A stretch of DNA of 64,000 bases, taken from Lama guanicoe (lineage: Eukaryota). Of the stretch, positions 1 through 13,000 are shown piece by piece. Numbering within the stretch: the first letter of the stretch is position 1; every line of letters begins with the position of its first letter. Made by a program: the position numbers and the translations under genes. Below the pieces are notes generated by a model. It made no database searches. It was given only the letters and a program-made list of their open reading frames with translations, and was not told the DNA's origin. The stretch lies in contig MU053652.1 in assembly GCA_013239625.1 (NCBI GenBank), positions 3,102,001 through 3,166,000 on the forward strand. Direction: 5' to 3'.

Positions 1-36
1 GGAGGACCCTGCATCCAAGCAAGAACAATGGTTTAG
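1..36 (+). CDS. TSGA13: TSGA13 third-from-last coding exon (3' part only; cut by window edge)
   Basis: Frame 2 reads EDPASKQEQWF(R), resembling the DDPTSKREQWFR segment of TSGA13 as I recall it; ends AG|gtgaag (phase 2) and joins in frame to 593. Confidence 0.85.
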   Translation, partial: GGPCIQARTMV

Positions 37-220
37 GTGAAGTCCTGGCTCTTTCCTACCTTTTCCTTATTCATGTCACTATCTCTTTTCAATACAATTT
101 AACAAACACTTTTTGGGTATAGGGGATATGGACAACCGTATAATAATAAGACAGCTTTCCTACATGACCCCTGATCTCATTTCCACCTTAACAAAAGAAA
201 AACAGCAATGCAAAACTAAG

Positions 221-347
221 GTTTTTCACGAGAATGATTTTCAAGGTGAAGAGAAGGATTCAAAGGTCTATGCTTTAAGGGAAACAACAAAAACTTTCCC
301 TCAGTGCGTGTTAAGGGCTGTAATACAGGAACAATGTGCCATGTATG
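221..347 (+). pseudogene. Decayed intronic duplicate (pseudo-exon) of the TSGA13 593-720 exon
   Basis: 62/85 nt identity by hand alignment of 221-304 to 593-677 with one 1-nt gap; same taag|gtttt start; translates ENDFQGEEKDSKVYALRETTKTFPQ vs [25 protein letters not shown]. Confidence 0.8.
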
Positions 348-563
348 AGATTTTATTTGAAACTAGTAATAGGAGCAGCCTGCACCTGGTGCGGAGAGGA
401 GAGAGATTCTGGAGTTCCTTCATAGATTTACAACGCTAGGTTCTAGAAGCACCCCTTCCGCTGGACAGTATAACCACTCGGTACCAATGAACACACTCTA
501 ATCCTTTCTGCTCCCCCAGAATCTGAGAATCCACTGACTGGTTCCATTAACCCCCTACCCTAG

Positions 564-848
<285 letters not shown>

Positions 849-929
849 TAGCATGGAAGCTGAGAACTGATAGAGGCCCACATAGTGCTCGGTTTTGGAT
901 CCTATTTAAATCCTCAAATTTCAAGAAAG

Positions 930-1220
930 CTCTAGCATGGTGTTCCCCTAACTACATTACCTACCACTTTATGAGATTTGGTCAATGTGTTATATGCTCT
1001 ATTATTTACTTAATGTTTTTCTTTAAAACGATGTTTTGGGTACTTGTCCTAACTAATATTATATCACTGACATTATGGGTTTGATACACTAATTACATTT
1101 TTTTCCTCTGACATCCATTTAATCAAATTCATAAAAATTAGAATATAAAATGTTTATCTATATATCACCGAAAACTACCCAGTGGCATGCCTATCACACT
1201 TTGAGGAAAGCTGTTCTAGA
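930..1220. mobile_element. Probable hAT-Charlie (MER-type) DNA transposon fossil
   Basis: AT-rich body bounded by tctagca...cactttgaggaaagctgttctaga, ends typical of Charlie-family MERs; family not determined. Confidence 0.4.
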
Positions 1221-1349
1221 AAGATCAAAGGATAAGCTGCAAGTCTCAGAGACCCAAGAGTCTCTTTGGGGTTGAGGCAGGACATGGGGTGGGAGGGGTT
1301 TGGGATAAGGTTGTGCAGAAGAGGGGGCAACGAGAATGCTCCTCACAAA

Positions 1350-1540
1350 TGATCATTCATTTGGCAACATTTATGGGGCACCTACTAAGTGTTAGATATT
1401 TATCAAGCACCAATAATAGCACTTTCAATATGTGAGATCGTTGGATGGGCCAGGTCATGAAGGGCCTTATATATTCGCATAAATAAGGGCTTAGGTTTTA
1501 TCCAGCAGGCGGTTGGGACTCACTGAAGGATTTCAGAGCA
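1350..1540 (-). mobile_element. L2 LINE fragments
   Basis: cattcatttggcaacatttatggggcacctact (reverse of the L2 3' end) and gggccaggtcatgaagggcctt...cactgaaggattt. Confidence 0.55.
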
Positions 1541-3169
1541 CTGCACACACATTTGTGTACTAGAAGTACAATCGATGGGTCCCCAGACTTCACCAGCCTG
1601 TGGCTTCAAGATAACGTTCATTTCTTCTACGGGGTTTCTCTCCTCAAGCAATTTCTGAAACTCCCTAAGGTATACTTACCTGTTCCACAAGGCCATCCGA
1701 GTGACTACCAGTCAGCCTCAGTCCAAACAGTCATGGTTCCAGATGTATGAGGTCACATTGTACCGTCCCTTACCTGGCTTCTTCAAGCTTCTCTGCTCCT
1801 CCTGTACCTATTTGCTGCCCCACCTGATGCCCACCTACTGCCTCTCTTAACTCCCCATATACAGCTAAAACCAAGCTGTGGTATTAAACAACACTTCATA
1901 GCTGTGGAGAAAAGTTAAAGGAGGGCAGAGAGTTATTTATCTTGCTTTCAAAGGGGATACTCTTAGGTTCAGCCTCAAACCCGCCTCGGTTCCTTCCTAC
2001 GTTCCAGCAGCCCCCAGCACATTACCCATTCTTATCAGGGAGTCTCCTGGCTTATCTACTCTGTCTCTGCCTTGGCTCCCAATACCCTTGGTGCAAGGAA
2101 GGGGACGAGGGTTGCTCCTTCCCCAAGCCTGTTTATTTTTAGCCCCAGAATAAATAAGTAGGAACATCTATTTCCTTCAAGGGATACTCCACATGGAAAG
2201 CAAGGTTAGAGCTTTACAAGCCAGATAAGGCAAACATAACAGTACATTTAGTAAAGTCAGAGTTAAATCTTAAATGATACCATATGCAGACTATCAGCAG
2301 TTCAGCTTAAATCCATTCTGAAAGAAAGAATTTCTCCCGAATCTAGAATCTAATCTGGATTAGAATTTCTCTGATTTTTTTTTCAAGGGCATGATTCAAT
2401 TTACATTTATAAACAGAACACTTAGTATCTCAGTCTGCAGCATTTATTAGATTTTACGGTGACTTTACAGTTTCCTTCAAGAAAAATGAGAGGATATTTA
2501 CTTATGTATCTAAAAGACCCATTATTGTGCTTTTCCTAAACAAAGACAATCTACTGTGAAGTCGAAGGTGTCTCCAGTTCAAGCAAAAGAGGACCTAGCA
2601 ACACCTCCTTCCACCAATAATGTTCCATGTTTACCAGACATCCAAATAAAGATTACATAGAGAATGGTTTGGATGGGGGCCAGGAAGGCTGGTTAAGGAG
2701 ACTGTCCAAGGAACAAACAGATAGGACCTGAATTAAGGTGACAGCAGTAGGAATAAGAAAACAGATCCAAGGGATATTTACAAGGTATAATGCTTCAAAA
2801 AAAGTGGGGAGGGATGGGAGCAAGAAAAACCCACAATGGAGACATCCAAGAATGGGCAGAGTTTGAAAGAGAATTTGGAAAAAGTAATGTTCCTTAGTTA
2901 CACTCTCAGGAGAACTAAAAATCAACACATATTTTAGGAAGAGGCTACGAGGAATGCGAATATACAATTGATATACGTGAACGCACCTTAGTAAGAATTA
3001 CATAAGTGTCAAAATGACCGCAGATGGAATCATTTGAAAGGGGTGGTATTAAACAGGGAAGACCCTAAACTGGCAGTGATTTCAATTGCGTGTTGATGAA
3101 GGGAAAAGTTATAAAGAAGGCTGGGAGTGGTAGTCCGTGGTCCAAAATCTACCCACTTGTTAAGAGTGA

Positions 3170-3448
<279 letters not shown>

Positions 3449-3515
3449 AAGTAAACTCTCACGCCTCCAGAGACTGAGCGGCCTGCAGAAGTCGCCATCT
3501 AGGGCGTGCCAACCA

Positions 3516-3521
3516 AATAAA
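3516..3521 (+). terminator. TSGA13 polyadenylation signal AATAAA
   Basis: First AATAAA after the TSGA13 stop (about 70 nt downstream), inside otherwise GC-rich sequence. Confidence 0.75.
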
Positions 3522-3867
3522 ATCACATTCTGCCCGCTCCGGGCGTGGGCTGCCCGGTCGCTAGCAGGGAGGGCCGGGGCGAACCCCTGGCTGAGACCTG
3601 TCGCCGCAGGGGCGTGGCCGCGGCCCTCGGGGCCCACCACCTGGCCCCGCCTCCGCCCGGCTGGGGGCGTAGGAGAGGGCGTGGCCACGTCCCCTGGGGG
3701 TGAGTGCGGCCGCCACGGCCGGGGAGGGCGGGCCTTCTCTCCGAGTGACGGGACGGCGGCCCAACCGGAGCCAGAGCACAGGGCCGGTCTTCCTGAGCCT
3801 CTTCCGCTTGCCGGCTGCGGCGCCTGGGACGGTTGCGGTGGGTCTGGGCGCTGGGAAGTCGTCCAAG

Positions 3868-3904
3868 ATGATTAAAAAATTCGACAAGAAGGACGAGGAG
3901 TCTG
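3868..3904 (+). CDS. COPG2: COPG2 exon 1 (coding part)
   Basis: ccaagATG; MIKKFDKKDEES(G); donor G|gtacgc. Confidence 0.97.
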
Positions 3905-5077
3905 GTACGCGCGGGGCTTCTGATGCCCACCCTCGGCCGCGGGGGCCCCTTCCCCAGCCCGCCGCCACCTGCTCTCGGGGACTGCGGGCCTGGGGGCGTG
4001 GGCGCTGGTGTGCCAAGGGGCCGGAGTTGGATCTCGGCCCCTCCTCCGCCCCGCTCCGCTCCAGCCGGGGGCCTGCCCCTAGCCCCTCCCCCGGGCTCCG
4101 GGAGCCTCCCCTCGGGTCGCGCGCTCCCGCCCCGGCGCCCGTGCGCCGCCTCGGGCTGCTCGGCAGCCCCGCCCCCAGCCCCCTCCTCCAGCGCAGCTCC
4201 TCGGAGCCGCCTCCGCCCGTTCGTCGCGGGTGGGCTGCCCGCCAAAGGGGCGGGCCCATGGCAGGTGGAGGAGGGAGTGAGTTTGCGCGCGCGAGAGACG
4301 GGGTGGGGCAGGCGTGGGTGGGGGACGCTGATAGTAGTAGGCCCAGAGGGGGTCTGGGATCGACGGGACAGTGTGTGTAAGTGAACTTTGTGTTGGCTTG
4401 TACCTCCCAATCTTCTTGGGGACCTTTACTCGGTCCGCTTCCCTGGGACAAGGCTATTCCGTGGTACCTAGTTCATTTAATACTGAAGCATCCGAAAGTG
4501 AGATTCATCTTGATACCAGTCTTTGGTCCAGAGCAAATAGGAAGATGTCCAGCCACCTCAAACCCCCCACCCCCAACCCTCAATGATTGATAGCTGCTTT
4601 CACAGTGTGTGGTCGAGGACTGAGTTAGTAAACCTCTGTGGTCCCTTCCAGCTTGAAGATTATATGATTCTCTGATGAACTCTTCTGCCTCGCAATAAAT
4701 GTTAGAAACACAAAGTAGTGCTTTCCTTTAGATAAATCCAAAAGACCCTACCACAATCTCATGAATCTCAGTTGTGTGAACATGACAGATATTTGTAACA
4801 TTCATACAAGAGGACAGGGAAAGAAGACAATCATTTCAGGCAGGATTTCTGCAAAAGAGAAGTACAGGATGTTACAGGTTAGCAATGACAGAACTAGTGC
4901 CAGAATCAAATGATTTTAATCAGTTTGTATGCATATTAGTAATGATTATGACTGTGATATCCAAGTGGTCACCTCACTTCGGTGAGATTTCCCAAGCATT
5001 CAGTACCTTTCTATAGAAAGTAAATAAGTTTGTGTAGGGCAGCTATTAAAGACTTTTTTTTTTGTTTTATGATATAG

Positions 5078-5130
5078 GTAGTGGCTCCAATCCTTTCCGG
5101 CATCTGGAGAAGAGTGCTGTCTTACAGGAG
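5078..5130 (+). CDS. COPG2: COPG2 exon 2
   Basis: atag| SGSNPFRHLEKSAVLQE |gtatgg; 53 nt. Confidence 0.97.
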
Positions 5131-5676
5131 GTATGGCTTAGAAATATAGTGTGTGTTTTCTATTCCGTTTTACAAGTGGACAGAGAGCCCCTGGAATGCT
5201 ATGATCCAACATAAGAATTAAAGGATGTAACTGAGTTCCAAGAACATAGACTTGAGGGAAGAGGAGTAATTTGTCACAGGAGAGTCTAGAGCTTATAGAA
5301 ATGCAAAAATATGTAGACTGTGTCACATGTTGAGAATTTTAAATAAAATATCAAAAGAGGTGTTTAGGGCAAGCTTATTGAAGGAAGTTACAGATAATAA
5401 GCTCATTGTAGTCAAATGATGTAGGTAAATATTGTGATTCTTGCTTAATAGATAAAGCCCAGAAGTTGAAGTAGAGGTGAGTATAGAATGGAAAATCAAG
5501 GCCACATCTAGTGATTTATTATATACCATAGTAAACTGAAAACTGTAAGCAACATTATTTGGATACTGTGATTAAAATATATAATAGTCCTTATTTTATT
5601 AAAGTTGATTTTTCTGTAATCTGTGATAGAAAAGATAGAAAATATTCTGTAAATAGCAGTGTTTTTGTTTCCACAG

Positions 5677-5757
5677 GCTCGTATATTCAATGAAACACCC
5701 ATCAATCCAAGAAGATGTTTGCATATTCTTACAAAGATTCTGTACTTATTGAACCAG
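5677..5757 (+). CDS. COPG2: COPG2 exon 3
   Basis: acag| [27 protein letters not shown] |gtagat; 81 nt. Confidence 0.97.
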
Positions 5758-6170
5758 GTAGATTATTTTGATTTTCCTCAGACTTGTGTCCTGAAATAGC
5801 AATACATAATATGCAGTGAAGTACTTTCTGGAAAATATAATTATTTATATTTTTTAATTTACTTAATTTTTAATCTGTAGTGTTTGATTAACATAATACT
5901 ATATAAAATTTCTTGAGGACAAGGAGTATGAAATATACTTTTGAAGTACCAAACCAGCTAAGCACATAGTAGATTCTCAATATTGATTTGAATTTAACAA
6001 GCATTAGTTAATGTTAAAACATGCTGTTTCGATTTGTTCAGAGGTCTTTATGTCCTTCCAAAAATATATTGCAAAATCTTAGACAAATTCCAAGTGGATA
6101 TTTTATCCTTTTTAGGGGGCAGATGTAATAATGATTTTTAAAACTTTGATTTTAATATTCAGATTTTATA

Positions 6171-6469
6171 CAGGCATACCTCATTTTATTGCACTTCGCT
6201 TTATTGCTTTTTTTTTTACACAAATTTTAGGTTTGTGACAATCCTGCATTGTCAGATGATGGTTAGCATTATTTAGCAATAAAGTATTTTTAAATTAAGG
6301 TGTGTGCATTTCTTTTAGACATAATGCTATTGCACAAAATAGACTAAAGTATAGTGGGAACATAACTCTTATAGGCATTGGGAAACCAAAAAATTCCTGT
6401 GACTTGAATTATAGCAATATATATTGCAATGGTCTGAACCGAACCCACAGTGTCTCTGAGGTATGCCTG
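6171..6469. mobile_element. Internally deleted Tigger1-derived (TcMar) element
   Basis: 13-nt terminal inverted repeats CAGGCATACCTCA / TGAGGTATGCCTG, flanked by a TA target duplication on both sides. Confidence 0.9.
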
Positions 6470-6499
6470 TATTTATTACCCCTACTCCACCACGTAGCA

Positions 6500-6650
6500 G
6501 TATGATTCTGACCTGAACTGTTTTGTGCCTTAATGTTCTTTTCTGTAAATAGGGATTATAATACCTGCTTTATACAGTTGTAGTGATTAATTGAGACAAT
6601 AAAGGTAAAGCATTGAGAATAATCCTGGACACATAGTAAGCATTCAGGAG
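6500..6650 (+). mobile_element. MIR SINE, followed by an antisense L2 3' end (~6655-6780)
   Basis: MIR core ...ctgtaaatagggattataatacctgct...cacatagtaagcattca; then ttcattcagtcattcagcatttat. Confidence 0.7.
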
Positions 6651-6926
6651 TAGATTTCATTCAGTCATTCAGCATTTATATTTATGACATACCTGCTGTG
6701 TGCTATGTAGTGTTTCAGGCACTGGGGTTATAGCAGACAAAACCAACAAAAATATTTTTGCCCTCTGGAAGCATAGATCCCACTTGGTCTTATTGTTATT
6801 TATTTTTTCTTGTGTATGGTTTTATTTATTTATTTTTTGTTCGTTTCTTGTATTTTGTTTTGTTGCTTCAGACTAGAAAATACCATGAGATGTTAGGGCC
6901 TTAGAAAATGTGATTTTGTTTCTTAG

Positions 6927-6929
<3 letters not shown>

Positions 6930-6999
<70 letters not shown>
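6930..6999. repeat. (CA)n microsatellite, interrupted by CT
   Basis: About 35 dinucleotide units read directly. Confidence 0.98.
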
Positions 7000-7001
<2 letters not shown>

Positions 7002-7943
7002 GTAGCTTAGGTGGTTTACATGCAGTGCTCAGAAGACTGTGGTTTCCAATTTGAATTCCATGAGAATATTTTTACTTTACTATGTTTCATGACTGAAGAC
7101 CTCATCCAGGGACATAAAATTTTGTAGTTTGCAGATGGAGACTGAGCAACAGGTACATGCTTTTAAATAAAATGTCTGTTCACAAACATCATATCCTCCT
7201 GTGATGTCATATTAGAAACATTTAAGGCAAAGTTACATTGATTTAACTTTTCATAGCGCCCATTGTATCCAAGTTGGTTAACTCCATTCTATAAGCAGAG
7301 TTTTGAGTAGTTGATGTTGGTTCAGAGAAGCGTATGTTTTTATATTAGCCAGTACTGCTTTGATGGGCGTCTCCTGTTGAAACATATGATTATCTTGATG
7401 AGGAAATTACTTGCAGTCTGATAAATAAACACATTCAACTACGTGAACATATTTGGGAACCTTAGTTTTATTTTTTGCTTAGTTCTTGGTAGTGCTTTAC
7501 AGAAGAAGACTTTTAGGTTTCTATCAGAGTTGACATATGCATATATTCTCTGAATTTCAAGTGAAAAAGTAGAGACTTAAAGTTTACTAGTATGACCAAA
7601 AGTAAATGGACTTCTATGTATTCAATAAATATGCAAGAAAGAAAAGGAAATCTCTTGCTGATAAGCAGGTTGGGTACTCTGACTTAAGTGATTGTAAACT
7701 CTTATTATACTTTGTCTTTAATCCTAAACTTTCAAAGTTTTTTGTCAGAATTTGCTTATTCTTATGCCTGTGACAAGTAGATTGAAGACTAGTTCCATTC
7801 TTTGTGAGAGTTGAAGTGAAAAATGATTGAGCCTAATATATAGGATTACTGTTAATGAAGATTACATATTGAAATGGTAATGTTTCAGGTGGTCTATGAT
7901 CTGCAGTATTTTGACTGTTAATGAAATAAATTATCTAACACCT

Positions 7944-8100
7944 TGCTACTCAAAAATACGTGGTTCCCAGATGAACAGCATTTGCATCACTGGGAGCTAG
8001 TTAGAAATGGAAAATTTCAGGCCTCATCCCAGAGCCACTGAATCAGAATCGCATTTTGGGAAGATGCTCAGATGATTTATTAAGCACATTAAAATTTTGA
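7944..8100. mobile_element. MER5-family hAT-Charlie fossil
   Basis: Characteristic gcatcactgggagctagttagaaatg...caggcctcatcccagagccactgaatcagaatc. Confidence 0.75.
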
Positions 8101-8669
8101 TCCAAGCATATTTTGAAGGCCTTGAGCCAGTGTCTTGAGATCTATTAGTAGTACTTTAAGCCTCACTTTTATATAGCTAATCTGATTCCTGCCCTTATAG
8201 TTGGTTCCTTTTTACCATGTTTTCTGGGATTCCTAGTCGTTTTTTACAGTTTAATATTTATTATACTCCTATGATATGTCAGGCTTTGCAGTAGGCATTG
8301 GCCTATAGAAATGTATGAGGTATGATCTCTGCTCTTAGGCAGTGTAACAATAACATCCTATTCTTACTAGGAACTGTTCTACAGGGAAATTAAACATTTC
8401 CTGTTAAAAGATTAGAGACCACTATTCTAGAACTTTTATAGCATGGTGTGTGATACTGAGTTATTTTAAATAAAGAATGGATAATTGGCTATGTGGGTTT
8501 ATAAATTAAAAGCAAGAAAAATAGTAAAGAGGCACAATGTTTATAAAGAGATTTTTCTCCTAAGTTCTAAAAGATCTTTGCAGAAACAAAAAGAAATCCT
8601 CAATTTTCTTTTCTTTTTTTTTTTTTTTTGAGTTTAAGAAATTGTTTTAAATTCAGTTGTTTTCCTTAG

Positions 8670-8741
8670 GGGGAACATTTTGGAACTACGGAAGCCACAG
8701 AAGCCTTCTTTGCAATGACTCGATTGTTTCAATCTAATGAT
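8670..8741 (+). CDS. COPG2: COPG2 exon 4
   Basis: ttag| [24 protein letters not shown] |gtaagt; 72 nt. Confidence 0.97.
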
Positions 8742-10059
8742 GTAAGTCCCTTTTTTTTTTTTAATTCTTTTAGGCTAAGAATGCTCCTTTTATTTGTTTT
8801 TCTTAGGGGAGAGCTTAGAGCTTCCAAATTAGAGAAGGTTGCTTGAAATGTTTAAAATTACCTAAAAATTATTTCTCTTCTTAAAACTCATAAATGCTCA
8901 TTAAAGGACATATGAAAATGAAAGAACTTAAGTATGTAGTTGAAAGCTATTCACTCACAGGTCTACAGTGTGATCATGAAAACTGTTACTGTCCAGCTTC
9001 TGGCGTGGCACTGCACAGGTGGACCAGCGTAGAGGTTAGCGGACGTAGCTGCCACACCTCTAAGTTCTTCACCAAGTTTCTGGTGGACTGGGGGTTGCTG
9101 TTGGCCAGCAGGACTGGCAGTCGAGAAGAGCTGGATGCTGAGCAGGAAAAAAGAAGAGTGAGGACAAACTAAAGCTGCCACATCCCTGCATCTGTCTCTC
9201 ATTACCTTAGACTACACTGACTTTCAAGCACAATGGCTGCTGCTTCATTTCTGTCTTCTGCATGTGGCACATACTTCATTTTAGCCGAGTTCTCACTCAG
9301 AACCACACAGAGAAGGGAATTCTGGGATCTGTATTTCTCAGCTTTCTATTAACATAAATTGGACAAGCTGTGTAGTTCTTTTGGTATGTATTGCATATCT
9401 TCACAGGCCACACTGTGCCTGACCCCGAGGACTTTCCTGGATTTGAATCTGGTTACGTGTCTAGATAATGAGCAGTTTGGGGATTGGGTCCTTAGGAACA
9501 TCAGCAGTCCCATGTAAGGCAGCTATCTCTGGGGAAGTCATTACACATTCCTCAGACAGGGTATGAAGGACCACTTCTTCTTGCCAAGGAGGCTCGGAGG
9601 AATTTAGAGGTTCAAGGTACTCAGCTTCATCAGAATCTACCCATATGTCCCCATTCCAATTTTCAGGGCCTCTCCTTCTTAATCAAGGTCCTAGCTTTAA
9701 CATAAGATGCCCCACAAAGATGTGAATTGAATTTGCATTGTATTGCATTGTCCACCACCTGCAGGATATGCTTTTTGGAAATTTCAGCCCATGTGCCTCT
9801 TTGTGGCTCTGTGAATTCCTCGCTCCAGGTGTCTTGTGGTAGGCCAGAGGTTGCTGTTGCTCAGAGGGCTGGCAGTTGGGAAGAAGAACGGGACGTGGAG
9901 CAGGATAGAGGATGCAGAGCAGGAAAGAAACAGTGAGGACAAACTCAAATCCTCTAGCCAGAAGTTGTATTAAGAGAAGACATGAAATAGTTTTCTAGGA
10001 AATGGATCGGGGAAATATAGGATTGTTAGGCAGGACGAATGGCCCCTTCAGGTTAGTGG

Positions 10060-13000
10060 TCATAATGTATTTTTGAGATCTGTCCACTTGCTACAAGTAC
10101 TTTTACTTTATTCCATTTTACTGCTGTATAGAATCCCAGTGTGTGAATATACTATATTCTTACTTATTTATCCATTCTTCCATTGGTAGATCTGTAAATT
10201 GCTTCCACTTTTTTACTGTTACAAATGACATTACACATAATGTTTTATGTGCATATCTTCTTGTGCACGTAATGAGAATTTTTCAGGGGTAGATACCTAT
10301 AAGTGGAATTTCTGGGTAATGCTAGTTACACGATCTTGTCAAATTGATCTTTAAAGGGTTGTACTAATTTACACTGATTTACTCCAAATCCTCACCTGCT
10401 TCTAATAATAATTTCTTATTATCAGACCTAAATATTTGCCATTCAGAAGAATATGATATGGCATCTCTTTGTGATTTTAATTTGCGTTTAATGTCACTGC
10501 TGAAATTGAAACTCTTTTCATGTGGTTAGTGGTCATTTTACTTTCCTATTCTGTGAATTGTCTGTTTATATTCTTTGCTTGTTTATATTCCTTCTACTGA
10601 TTTATAGGTTTAAAATTCTATTTCAGCCTTTAAAAAAAATCATCCTTGAATGTTTGTTTTTAATTTTTAAAATAAGCTTAAATATGCAACAAAATTCATC
10701 AATTATGTGTACAACTGTGAGTTTTGACTAATGTATAGAGTCATGGAACCATTACCACAGTCATGATAGAGAAACTTTTCATCAGCCTAGAATGTGCCCC
10801 CATATTTCTTAGTTGTCTGTCTCCTCCCTCAAACCCTAGCTCCTGGCAATCACTGATCAACTTTCTGACAACATAGTTTTGCATTTTCTAGAATTTATTT
10901 TAAATTTGATCACTTAGTATATAGTCTTCTATGACTTTTATGTCATGTTCCTTGCACTTAGCCTGTCTATGGCTTTTGAAACTGATCCAAGTTTTTGTGT
11001 GTATCAGTAGTTTGTTCACTTTTATTGTGAGTAGTAGTCCATTGTATGAAGGTAGTCTAATTTATTTATCCATTCACAAATGGCCAGTAGGCACATGAAA
11101 AATGCTCAATATTGCTAATTATCAGAGAAATGCAAATCAAAACTACAATGAGGTATCACCTCACACCAGTCAGAATGGCCATCACTTAAAAGTCCACAAA
11201 CAATCAATACTGGATAGAGTGTGGAGAAAAGGGAACACTCCTACATTAATGGTGGGAATGTAGTTTGGTGCAGCCATTATGGAAACAGTATGGAGATTCC
11301 TCAAAAGACTAAAAATAGACTTACCATATGGTCCAACAATCCCATTCTTGTGCACATATCCAGGGGGAACCTTAATTCAAAAGGATACATGTACCCCAAT
11401 GTTTATAGCAGCACTGTTTACAATAGCCATGGCATAGAAACAACCTAAATGTCCATTGACAGATGACTGGGTAAAGAAATCGTGGTATATTTCTACAATG
11501 GAATACTACTCAGCGATGAAAAAATAAAATAATGCCATTTGCAGCAACATGGATTGATCTGGAAATTGTCATTCTAAGTGAAGTAAGCCAGAGAGAAAGA
11601 AAAGTACCATATGATATCACTTATATATGGAATCTAAAAAAAGACACATGAACTTACTTACAAAACAGAAACAGCCTCACAGACATAAAAAGTAAACTTA
11701 TGGTTACTGGAGGCAGGGGGTAGGGTGGGAGGTGGGTGGGAAGGGATAAATTGGGAGCTTGAGATTTGCAGATAGTAACTAGTATATATAAAATAGATAA
11801 ATAACAAGTTTCTACTGTATATTACATGGAACTATATTTAATGTCTTGTAGTAATCTATAATGAAAAGAGTATGAAAACGAATAAATGTATGTATATGTA
11901 TGACTAAACTGTTATGCTGTACACCAGAAGTTGACAGAACATTTAAATTATACTTCAATAAAAAGCAAACAATAGAAAAAAAAAAACAAAACCCCCAAAA
12001 CAAGTTAATGGATATTTGGGTTGTTTCCAGTTTATGGATATTATGAACAAAGCTGCTAAAAAATTCAAGTACAAGTCTTTGTGTGGACCTATGTTTTTAT
12101 TTTCTTTGATTAACATCTAGAAGTAACATTCTTGGGTTTGTGTATCCTTAATGATGAATGTATTAAGCCTGTACTAAGCAAATATATGCTTATTTGCCTT
12201 CCATTTTTCTTCTTGGGTGAAGTGTCTGTTCAAAATTTACCTTTTTTTAAAAAATCTGATTGTTTATCTTCCCTTTATTGGGTTGTAAGTGTTCTTTATA
12301 TTTTCGGGGTATAAGACCTCCATCAGATAGGTGTTTCAGAAATATTTCCTCCCAGTCTGTGGCTTGCCTTTTCGTTCTCTTATCACTGTGCTGTTGTCTT
12401 TCTTTTTTTTTTTAAGCACAATTTATAGGGTATAGTTTTATGAGTTTTGACAAACGCATACAGTAGTATTATCATCACTGCAATCAAAATGTAGAACATT
12501 TCCATCACTCCAAAAAGTTCCCTGTTGTATGATCTATACCTCCTATCCTCAGGCCCTGGAGCCACTAATCTCTTTTTTTCCCTAATAGTTTTGCCTTTCC
12601 AGGAAGTCGTAAGAATGATATCATACTGTATGAAGCCTTTTGAGTCTTCTTTTCAGTCACTTAGCATAACGTGTTTGAGGTTTGTCCATGTTACGCTGTT
12701 TGTATCAGTTTACTCTTTTTTATTTCATTGTAGTAATTCATTGTATGAATGTACCTCAATTTGTTTATCTGTTCACCAGCTGAAGGATATTTGGTATGTT
12801 CCTATTTTTTGGTGGTTATGAATAAAGTTACTATAAACTTTCATTTATAGGTTCTAGAACATATAAGTTTTTATTTCTCTTGGGTAGATACCTAGGAATG
12901 GAATTGCTGGGTCATATGATAGGTGTATGTATGTTTAACCTTGTAAGAAACTGCCAACCCATTTTCCAAAGTAACCGTACCATTCCCACCATCGCTGTAT

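Larger units (their letters stand above)
3460..4370. promoter_or_regulatory. CpG island / COPG2 promoter with multiple GC boxes
   Basis: Very high GC and CpG density against an AT-rich background; GGGGCGTGGC, CCCCGCC and GGGCGG Sp/KLF boxes; spans exon 1; no TATA box evident. Confidence 0.92.

Noticed and set aside
186..192. CCTTAAC as a U12 branch point
   Set aside because: The upstream donor (gtgaag) is not the U12 RTATCCTT consensus; none of the donors in the window is U12-type.
113..439. 108-aa ORF as an independent gene
   Set aside because: Non-ATG start, intronic, and its protein-like middle is explained by the duplicated TSGA13 exon.
3700..3867. In-frame upstream GTG suggesting an N-terminally extended COPG2
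   Set aside because: Probably upstream of or near the transcription start; open frame explained by GC content; no supporting evidence.
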